From: an uncultured virus (IMG/VR IMGVR_UViG_2799112477_000001)
Lineage: Duplodnaviria > Heunggongvirae > Uroviricota > Caudoviricetes
Reading direction: 5' to 3' (one strand)
Length of the DNA stretch: 64,000 bases
Virus record (IMG/VR): IMGVR_UViG_2799112477_000001
The position numbers were made by a program, and so were the translations under genes. This document shows positions 52,414-59,899 of the stretch, piece by piece (position 1 is the first letter of the stretch; each line of letters opens with the position of its first letter). The notes beneath the pieces are model-generated. The model saw only the letters and a program-made list of their open reading frames with translations. It had not been told where the DNA came from and made no database searches.

Positions 52414-52454
52414 GTTTGTACTTATATTGTACAATCGGTTTGTACTTATGTCAA
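52414..52454 (-). promoter_or_regulatory. Sigma-A promoter of the tRNA-like cluster with tandem direct repeats
   Basis: TTGACA-17-TACAAT; GTTTGTACTTAT occurs at 52414-52425 and 52438-52449. Confidence 0.8.
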
Positions 52455-52826
52455 GCAATCCATCGGATAGGTTTTGTTAGTGAAAGAAAAGACCGCTTTT
52501 CAGCTGAAAGCTGTCTCTATCAAAGGGTGGTCTAATTTATCTGTACTTGTATGCGTGCAACATATCGGCTAATACCATAACGCTGCTCGCAACGCTCAAC
52601 ATGATTGGTGGCAGTCTTCAGCACGGCTCTCTGGAAGGGCGTGTCTTTGACAGCAAGCTGTCTCTTCGCAGCTTTTTCCATGAGCAGCATCGTGCGCATT
52701 CTGTCGAGGGCATACGCCTCAACAGCAGCTTCATCCAGCCAGTCAGGCTCTTCAGCTTTATACGGATTATATTCCATTTCTGCCATCGCTATGCACCTCC
52801 TTGTCGTAATTATAAAAGAGGGTATT

Positions 52827-53648
52827 TCAATTCGTTTTCCAGCTTGATCCTGTCACATAGTCTATGGATATCCCTGGCTCTACGTTATAGCAGAAAACGT
52901 TGATATGAAACTTCGTTCCTCTGCTCTCTACGTCGCCTGCTTCGATATGTACGCCTCTACAGACCAGCTCGTTGCCTTTGAAGACAGGAGTTGCACGGTA
53001 TAGGATCCTTCCGCCCTTTCTCAGGAGCCAGTTCTGCGTAGCTTTCTCCGCATAGGACAGCTGACCATCGACATTCATATATTCAGTGCCTGTGACAAGG
53101 TTCCTCGGATCATCTGTAATCCCTGAGACCGCATACATTATGAGGTGGCAGCGGTTGTACAGCCATCCGCTGTTTCTGCTGATTAGGTCAGGATATTGCG
53201 CCTGGTTCCAGCCTGAAGGAGTGACATGCGACAAGTCAAAGTCTCTTTCCCCTTCCGGTATCGTGTCTTTTCCAAGTGAAGCTTCACACGCACCGCATCT
53301 GCCGAGCCAGTCGAGCTCGGACAATTCTATATACATAGATTCTGCTTTCTTGTAATCCTCTTCCGTGAATTCCGGTTTGTTCCCGTTCAGGACATAGGTT
53401 GGTGTACCGGAGTATTCAGGGATAGAATCCAGAAGGCTGCTCTTTTCTGTCTGCATTGGAGCGGGTCTGTTTTCTGCCTGTTCAGCAGATTTGTCTATAT
53501 CCTGTATGCTTCCGAACTCACCGGGAGGATCCACTATCACAGAGTGCTGTCGCATCGTATATATGCCCGCACCAATGACTAGCAGCATAATCAGCAGCAT
53601 TCTTACTGTTCTGTATAATTTTTCTTTCTTGCTGTATGGATATTTCAT
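52827..53648 (-). CDS. Membrane-anchored DNA/RNA non-specific endonuclease (DNA-entry nuclease type)
   Basis: N-terminal TM segment, LD.LGRC, PSGWNQ, YNRCHLI, NLVTGT.YMN and YRATPVF.GNELV.RG. Confidence 0.88.
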   Translation of the reverse strand: MKYPYSKKEKLYRTVRMLLIMLLVIGAGIYTMRQHSVIVDPPGEFGSIQDIDKSAEQAENRPAPMQTEKSSLLDSIPEYSGTPTYVLNGNKPEFTEEDYKKAESMYIELSELDWLGRCGACEASLGKDTIPEGERDFDLSHVTPSGWNQAQYPDLISRNSGWLYNRCHLIMYAVSGITDDPRNLVTGTEYMNVDGQLSYAEKATQNWLLRKGGRILYRATPVFKGNELVCRGVHIEAGDVESRGTKFHINVFCYNVEPGISIDYVTGSSWKTN

Positions 53649-53659
53649 CTATTTCTGTT

Positions 53660-53847
53660 CTGTTCGTCCATTTTGCCGCGCAGAATCTACATATTATATA
53701 TAGTAGAGATTTTTGTTTTGAGTCGGTAAATACTTCAGCACCGGCAGACCTTCCCGGAAGTAGAGATTTTGCGACAAGCAACAAGCACAAGTACCTATCT
53801 ACACCATGCGCATATATATGATATCCCTGCGCAGGCAAGTAGAGATT
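53660..53847 (-). CRISPR. Non-canonical Cas12a mini-array with loop-expanded handles
   Basis: AAAATCTCTACT occurs three times on the - strand (core at 53838-53847, 53759-53768, 53702-53711). Two copies are closed by TGTAGAT (GTAGAT at 53797-53802 and 53685-53690). Confidence 0.75.
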
Positions 53848-53881
53848 TTTAGCGGAAGCATGCTCTGCCGCGCTGTCAATG

Positions 53882-56800
53882 TTACTGTTCCTGTATATGC
53901 TGCAGCCAGTCGCTGCTTGATATAGACAGAGATACAGGTTTTGTCGTTTTGTCCCCTGCCCGTGCTGTCAGAGCTTCTTCTGACGCGCTCTTGATTCTAT
54001 TGACTATCATCAGCCCCTTGCGGGCAATGTTGTATGCGCTATTATCGTCCTTTGGCGCTTCGAAGAAGCTTCCCGTGGCCAGATCCATGATTGGTGAAAC
54101 GATATTTGATCCTGTGCGCATCTGTACGATGAGGCCAAAGAGCGCAAGAAGTTCTTCGTGGAAACTCTTATCGGTCATGCTGCACAGAGCTTCTCTGAGG
54201 TCCTCTGAGCTTTCATCGATACCGTGGTCGTTCAGAAGGCCTGTGATCGACTCCGTCAGATTGATAGGCTTATAGTTTATGCCTTTATCTCCTCTGACCG
54301 CACGGATCCGCTCTCCATGTGAGAAAACGCTCCATTTCATCCTGCAGCCATCGAGCTGCTTCAGCCTGTTCTCGCTTATAAAGTAGCTGTAGTCGAAGTC
54401 GAATCTGTACGCCCTGACCTCTTCGTCGTAAACGATCCTGTCAAAGGCGTGCCAGAAGGCTTTGGCTGCGGGGATGTTTGTGTATCTGGTATCAAACAGG
54501 TTCACAAATCCTGTATTCGAATCTATTTCTGTGATCTTCCACGGCGAAACGTAGAAGATAAAACCTGTCTGTTTTCCGATCTTGTCGAAGCTTTCGAACG
54601 GAGCTGTCAGCTGATAAGCTCTGTAGATCCCGCCCGGTTCATCCGGTTCAGCGGATTTGTTTACAAGCAGATTCAGCTTGCTTATAAGGCGTGCTTCAAG
54701 CTGCTGATATACAGCTTTTTCTATCTTCTGGCGCTGCTGTTTGAACCCGAGGCTCATATCCTCGATCGCTATTACTGCGTCGTATTTGAGCATAAGGTCG
54801 GCAAGGATGCGCACGACCTGCCCGATGTAGCCGTCTTTAAGCTGCTTTATGCCCTCTACTGATTCCCAGCTCTTTCTTTCAGCCATACGCTGGAGTTCTC
54901 TGCTTTCAAGGAGCTTCGCATAGTCGGTCTTCTTAGGCTTACTGCCGGAAGCCTGCTCTATGACGTTGAGAGATCTGTTCTCTAAAACATTTCCCTTTGG
55001 GTCAAGGACGCAGAGCTGGATGAGATTGTTTTCTCCCCTGCTCACACCGATGACATGTACGTTGTCTTCCTTCTTTATAGCGAGTCTCGCTTCGGTGTTG
55101 ATAAAGCTGAAATTCGTTGCGGAAGCATTTATGGTGATCGGCACGTTGAGCTGAAATTTGTTTACCGTGAATCTGCGGTCCTTTACGATGTCATACTTAA
55201 GGACCTTGCTCCTCTTCGGATTCAGAGGGTTCTTTGCTGCTACTACATCGCCTGCCCTGTGGATCACGGCATCTTCCGGTTTTATGGATGCCTGTCTGAA
55301 GAAAAGTTCTGCTCCTCCGTTGAGTCTGCAGATCGGGGGCTCCCCGTTTCTAGGATCAAACAGTGCTCTCCAGTAAATAGTTGACAGGTCCGGTTTGCCG
55401 TATGCCTTGTTGCTGAAATCCCTGTGCCAGATTTCGAAGAGATAGAGCTGCCCGTTCTCTACAAGCTCGTTTACGACAGCTGTATCTATCGGTCTGTACT
55501 TTAGCGAATATCCTGCTGTTTCTACTTCACGGAAGAAGCATGAGATATCCTCGTAAGCAGCAGTTTCCGAGAATTTAAAGGAGAACATCTGCCATGCGTC
55601 CGTGACTGCGATACAGTCCTTGTAGAAGTCGATGAGCCTGTGGCAGTCTTCAAGGCTGAAGTCTTTTCCCTTCTTGAAGGTGCCACTCTTGTAAATGCGC
55701 ATGATGTCTTCTGAAGGTTTGTAGTTTTCGATCCCCTTTCTGGAGAAGATAACGTGCGGAAGAGCTTTGTTGGCTCCGGTCAGCAGGTTGTACCTCATCT
55801 TCATATAGACATCGTCCGTTACTGCTTCAGGGACCTTTTTGAACAGGTTGCCCTGCCCTTTTGCAATGATCCCAAGATAGTATTTGCCGTCTTTCAGAAG
55901 CAGCGTTCCGAGCTTTGCGCTTTCAACGCTTTCCGCCCAGCCGTCGAGGAGGAGGGAAGAACCGAAGTTGAGTTTGACCTTTTCAGTCGTATATATCTTG
56001 CCTGAAAGGTAGTTTCTGGTTTTGTTGTAGATGGAAGTAACAGCATTCAGCGCGTCCATCAGCGGCTCATAATCTGTGTAGAATGCGAGATCTTTGTCTC
56101 CCGTCCTGACGGAAAGGTTCTCTGTAGAGCGTCTGATGTTCAGGGCCGCGTCAAGGTATTCCTTTATAACGGCTTTTGCCTTGCTGCTGCTTTTGAGGCT
56201 TCTTGGCTCTGAGCCTCTCATCTGAAGGAATGCGAGGAGGTCTCTTCTTGCCAGATCGAAAGACATCTTGCAGAAGCCTGCCTCGCCCGTTATGTATGTC
56301 GACAGCTTCCCGTCTATTCCCGGAATGATATCCAGTTCTCCGATGCTGTAATACTCTTTCTTTCTCAGCGCTGTGTCTTTCTGCTTACGGTATGCTGCGG
56401 AACGGCGCCTCTTTTCGGTCACATCCTGTTCGAAATCGTATTTATCCCCGAGAAGATCTTTCATCTTACTCCAGGATCCGAGCATCTTATTCGATATGTC
56501 ATTCAGAGCTTTTGTCCTGATGTATATTCCGTTAAGATCGTAGCCTCCTATGGAGCTTATGAGGGCCGTCATGCCTTCCGCTGCAGGCCTGAAGAGCTCA
56601 TCCAGCGCGAGGAGCGCGTCTATTACCTCATCGTCTTCTCTGAACGCTTCAGGGATGAACGAGAGTGTCGTTCTGTCGCTCAGGATCTGCTTTTTCAGAG
56701 GTGTCAGCTTGGGAAGACGGTCTTCTTTGCTTTCAGCTGCCTGATTTGCCAGGTTGATGTATTCGTTCAGGCCTTTTATCTTAGTCCCGTCTTCTTTTGC

Positions 56801-57535
56801 AAAGCCGCCGATAAGCTGGTTGTATCTGTCTATGCCGCTCTGGGCCATTACCTTGCTGAAGCCTTCAACGGAGAAGGAGTCAGACATGCTGTCATCGCCA
56901 AGCAGTGCAGCTAGTTCTTTTTCAGCTGTCTTTATATTGTCCGGGAGAACTTCTGAGATCCTCGTGAATTTCCTGTGGTTATCGAGGAAGATAGGCAGGT
57001 TGTCGTCTATGATCCTGCCGGCGACCGAACCACTCTTTCCGGAAGCGTCATATATGAGCCTCCTGTTATTGTGGTATCCGGTGAAGTAAGATGCGAATCC
57101 TTCAAAGCTGCTTATAGCTGCCATTGCTTCTGCGTCATTCTCATACATAGCAGGAAGAAGCTTGTCGAAGAGATCCGCCTTAAAGAGGTCGTTATAGCCT
57201 TTTGCGCCTGTGAGATCATTTGATATATTCTCAGTCATGCGCCTTGCGAGGTCATTCATTTCCTCTCTGGCCTCATCGCCCTTTTCCGGGTGGAAGTAGA
57301 GATCTGCATATGCGGTAAGATCGCTCCCGAGGGAAAAGCCATTAAGAGTATTTTCTATGTGGGTTTTGTGGAGCCCGTCTATGAGCTTCTGGACTTTCTT
57401 CTTTTCCTCTGCCCGTCTTGTGTCCTCTTCTATGATCCCCCGCTCTTCGATGTATTCGAGGGTCTTCCCCTGCGGGATCAGGCCGAATCTAAGCGTTTTG
57501 CTGATCTTGTAAAGATTTGTGAAATTCTCGTACAT
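53882..57535 (-). CDS. cas12a: Cas12a (Cpf1), predicted nuclease-inactive (RuvC-I D>S)
   Basis: FTNLY..SKTLRF.L.PQGKT, KGLNEYINL, LKKQILSD, YNKTRNYL, LNGGAELFFR, KDRRFT and AYNIARKG. RuvC-I reads IGVSRGENNL. Confidence 0.95.
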   Translation of the reverse strand: MYENFTNLYKISKTLRFGLIPQGKTLEYIEERGIIEEDTRRAEEKKKVQKLIDGLHKTHIENTLNGFSLGSDLTAYADLYFHPEKGDEAREEMNDLARRMTENISNDLTGAKGYNDLFKADLFDKLLPAMYENDAEAMAAISSFEGFASYFTGYHNNRRLIYDASGKSGSVAGRIIDDNLPIFLDNHRKFTRISEVLPDNIKTAEKELAALLGDDSMSDSFSVEGFSKVMAQSGIDRYNQLIGGFAKEDGTKIKGLNEYINLANQAAESKEDRLPKLTPLKKQILSDRTTLSFIPEAFREDDEVIDALLALDELFRPAAEGMTALISSIGGYDLNGIYIRTKALNDISNKMLGSWSKMKDLLGDKYDFEQDVTEKRRRSAAYRKQKDTALRKKEYYSIGELDIIPGIDGKLSTYITGEAGFCKMSFDLARRDLLAFLQMRGSEPRSLKSSSKAKAVIKEYLDAALNIRRSTENLSVRTGDKDLAFYTDYEPLMDALNAVTSIYNKTRNYLSGKIYTTEKVKLNFGSSLLLDGWAESVESAKLGTLLLKDGKYYLGIIAKGQGNLFKKVPEAVTDDVYMKMRYNLLTGANKALPHVIFSRKGIENYKPSEDIMRIYKSGTFKKGKDFSLEDCHRLIDFYKDCIAVTDAWQMFSFKFSETAAYEDISCFFREVETAGYSLKYRPIDTAVVNELVENGQLYLFEIWHRDFSNKAYGKPDLSTIYWRALFDPRNGEPPICRLNGGAELFFRQASIKPEDAVIHRAGDVVAAKNPLNPKRSKVLKYDIVKDRRFTVNKFQLNVPITINASATNFSFINTEARLAIKKEDNVHVIGVSRGENNLIQLCVLDPKGNVLENRSLNVIEQASGSKPKKTDYAKLLESRELQRMAERKSWESVEGIKQLKDGYIGQVVRILADLMLKYDAVIAIEDMSLGFKQQRQKIEKAVYQQLEARLISKLNLLVNKSAEPDEPGGIYRAYQLTAPFESFDKIGKQTGFIFYVSPWKITEIDSNTGFVNLFDTRYTNIPAAKAFWHAFDRIVYDEEVRAYRFDFDYSYFISENRLKQLDGCRMKWSVFSHGERIRAVRGDKGINYKPINLTESITGLLNDHGIDESSEDLREALCSMTDKSFHEELLALFGLIVQMRTGSNIVSPIMDLATGSFFEAPKDDNSAYNIARKGLMIVNRIKSASEEALTARAGDKTTKPVSLSISSSDWLQHIQEQ

Positions 57536-57560
57536 GGTGTGGCTGGTTCCTTTCGCTTAT

Positions 57561-57757
57561 AAAAAAGTGCGGTCCGTCTGTTCCGGGGCTCCGCACTTTT
57601 GTCTGTTTTTATTATTAAACGAAAGGAGCCGGGGGAAATGCCTAAAAATCGGTGACTGCATTTCCTCCGGCTTAACACCATGAACACCATATCACAAAGA
57701 AAGGAATATGGTTCATGTTTCAATGAGTATTATAGCAGTAGATAACGCAGATTGCCA
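57561..57757 (-). promoter_or_regulatory. cas12a promoter and structured leader ending in a terminator hairpin
   Basis: TGGCAA-17-TATAAT (57729-57757), two hairpins, then AAAAGTGCGG..CCGCACTTTTTT ending 25 nt before the ATG. Confidence 0.65.
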
Positions 57758-57798
57758 CTTCTTTTTTGTGACGGTGCTGTTGCACTTAAGGTGATTGT

Positions 57799-58254
57799 TT
57801 AATGGCTCGGATGATAGTAGCCGAGCTCGATTGCAATGAAGTAGATCGCCCTCTTTCTGTATTTACTGAGCGTTCGCGGCGTAATCTCCAGATTTTCGCG
57901 CGAATATCCATAGACAAGGTTGTTTGTAAGGACATCTTTCAGTTTTTTGCCGGTGCGATTGTCTCTGCATGTCCTTGCTGCCTTGTATATGCCTTCGTGA
58001 ATCGCTTTGATCTGCGCCTCTGCTGCTCTCTGTTCCCGCTGTTTATCTACGTGAGCTATAGCGATATTCTCTGTCTTTCTGGAGATGCTGTTTGTAGGTG
58101 AGACCGCTATTCCTCCGTACTGAGGGACCAGACCGTCCATATAGTCGTCGAGAGACCACGGAAGCTGCTCCGCTTTCTTCTCAAGCGAGGCATAGTTCTT
58201 CAGCAGATCCATAACCTTTTGCACTATATCTTTCGGCAGATGATAAGTCGTCAT
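57799..58254 (-). CDS. ArpU/RinA-like transcriptional regulator
   Basis: L.NY..L, TE.IAI and a C-terminal HTH (ITPRTLSKYRKRAIY.IA.ELG). Confidence 0.55.
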   Translation of the reverse strand: MTTYHLPKDIVQKVMDLLKNYASLEKKAEQLPWSLDDYMDGLVPQYGGIAVSPTNSISRKTENIAIAHVDKQREQRAAEAQIKAIHEGIYKAARTCRDNRTGKKLKDVLTNNLVYGYSRENLEITPRTLSKYRKRAIYFIAIELGYYHPSH

Positions 58255-58544
58255 CAGAGGTCCTCTTCCTCGACTATTTCGAACTCTTCAGCGTTATCGA
58301 TCTTGACACGCCTGATGAAATCTTCAGGGTAAGGTGTCCCGGTCAGAATGTAGGCGACCTGCGCGATCTGACTCAGGCGGAGCTTGCTGGGATCACGCAG
58401 AAATATCCCCACATAATGTGGGTTTACGTGCATCGCTTCAGCAAGGGCCTTCTTTGTAACCCCTGCGTCGAACATCGCGTCTTTGACCTTCTCAACATCC
58501 AGTTCAAGATCGTATTCCTGATTGGCAAGGCTGTTAATTCCCAT
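58254..58544 (-). CDS. HTH protein
   Basis: GVTKKALAEAMHVNPHYV; overlaps the next start codon. Confidence 0.55.
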   Translation of the reverse strand: MGINSLANQEYDLELDVEKVKDAMFDAGVTKKALAEAMHVNPHYVGIFLRDPSKLRLSQIAQVAYILTGTPYPEDFIRRVKIDNAEEFEIVEEEDL

Positions 58545-58896
58545 GTTCGCCCTCTTTTCTGCTTTAGCTTGAAAATATATTTCACTCTTTAGTCGATTGT
58601 AGCATATAGAATGCACCGAATGCAACAGTATGTGACACGGAAGTGATATCAGCTTGACCTAATATTGCAACCGCCGAGGCGGGGAATGTTAAATTCATAG
58701 GTGTTGATTATAATTAAGATTATGAGGAAGGCGTAGATGAGTTGGAATGACTTCTGTTGGTGACAGACAGGCGGTATCGGTTAACATAAAGCAAGAGAGC
58801 CATTTCTGGCTCTCCTTTGCTATTCTTATTCATTTGATGCCGGGATCACTTCCGCTGTAAAAGTCGCTCAGATGGCGAAATTTCAGCGTTTTATTG

Positions 58897-59109
58897 CTAT
58901 AGGCAATGATTGTACAGGTACTCATCAAGGGCTTCTCTAAAGATCTCTGTTGTCCCTATTCCGCCTTTATGTTTCTCTATATAATCGATCAACTCTTTAT
59001 CAGTGTCATAACGTAGTCTGACGGTATATTTTGCGTAGTTGTTATTCTCCCAACGTTGCTTCACTTCTGTACTTGTTTGTATTTTTCTCGCCATATCTAT
59101 TCCTCTCAT
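58897..59109 (-). CDS. Small RHH-like protein
   Basis: TSTEVKQRW...NY....VRLR..TDKELI......IFREALDEY. Confidence 0.55.
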   Translation of the reverse strand: MRGIDMARKIQTSTEVKQRWENNNYAKYTVRLRYDTDKELIDYIEKHKGGIGTTEIFREALDEYLYNHCL

Positions 59110-59684
59110 TCAAATGTAACAGATATCTCATCAGGCTGCTCTTCCGCTGAGTCAGCATTCACTACAGAGAACTCCACATCCTGTTCAGCTGTAGCAGACT
59201 CGGCCACCTCTACGGCCTGCGCGTTGTCTACTTCATCCGAAAGGTATTTCTGCTCATATTTCTTGCAAAGTGCTATTACTATTGCTCCGCCTACCATAAG
59301 GGATATCCCCATAGACACATCTGAGAACAGACAGAGGAACCCGAGGATGACCGCGATGACAGCTGCGCTGCCGATCTTTGATACCGTTTCTGCGGGAGTG
59401 TCCTTCCTTTTGGTATACGTTCTGTTGGCATAAGCAGCAGATGAGGCAGCTTTCCGTCTTCTCTTCTTGGATGATCCGGATCCGGCTTTGAACAGATCTT
59501 CTACGCTTACAGTCGTCTTGCGGTAGACCTTATTGTACATAGCACGTTTCGGGTCCTTGATCATGCCCATGCCCTTCTTCCCGTAAAACGGGTTCGTGGC
59601 TCTTTTGATCTGTCGCTTGACCTTACCTGTTGTTCTCGCTTTTACTCTTCTTTTGACGCTTGGTGTGCGTATTCCGACTTTCAT
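59106..59684 (-). CDS. Phage-type membrane protein with a basic N terminus
   Basis: G.RTPS.K...KARTTGK.KR..K...NP.YGKKGMG..KDPKRA.YNKVY.KTT plus two TM segments. Confidence 0.65.
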   Translation of the reverse strand: MKVGIRTPSVKRRVKARTTGKVKRQIKRATNPFYGKKGMGMIKDPKRAMYNKVYRKTTVSVEDLFKAGSGSSKKRRRKAASSAAYANRTYTKRKDTPAETVSKIGSAAVIAVILGFLCLFSDVSMGISLMVGGAIVIALCKKYEQKYLSDEVDNAQAVEVAESATAEQDVEFSVVNADSAEEQPDEISVTFE

Positions 59685-59711
59685 TATGATTCTCCTGATT
59701 GCTATAACTTA

Positions 59712-59894
59712 CTACTGCTGTGAGGCAAGCTTCTCCATCTGCTTATTGTAATCATCGATGAATTTGTCTACTGCTCGCTCTATCGCTACTGTTTTAGACT
59801 GGCCCGACTGTTCACAGTACTTTTCGAGTCTTTCAGCAACGCCAGCATCCATGCGGATGGTAACCGCTTTGTATTTCTTTTTTTCCTTTGTCAT
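59712..59894 (-). CDS. CopG/RHH-family regulator
   Basis: VTIRMD....ERLEKYC...GQSKT..IERAV. Confidence 0.75.
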   Translation of the reverse strand: MTKEKKKYKAVTIRMDAGVAERLEKYCEQSGQSKTVAIERAVDKFIDDYNKQMEKLASQQ

Positions 59895-59899
59895 AGCGG

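Noticed and set aside
53518..53838. 106-aa ORF over the region behind cas12a
   Set aside because: It has no RBS or recognisable motif and overlaps the nuclease start out of frame. The region is better explained by the Cas12a handles.
55040..55042. Sequencing error as the cause of the RuvC D>S change
   Set aside because: AGC differs from GAC at two positions, the frame is intact, and neighbouring RuvC/Nuc motifs have also drifted. Read-level confirmation is still advisable.
53882..57535. CRISPR-associated transposon (Cas12k-like) interpretation
   Set aside because: No tnsB, tnsC or tniQ genes are in the window, and the protein is clearly Cas12a in size and motifs.
58635..58858. Imperfect inverted repeat (CGGAAGTGAT / ATCACTTCCG) around a promoter-like and terminator-like segment
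   Set aside because: The core is only 10 bp, with no target duplication or second copy, so a MITE or sRNA call is unsupported.
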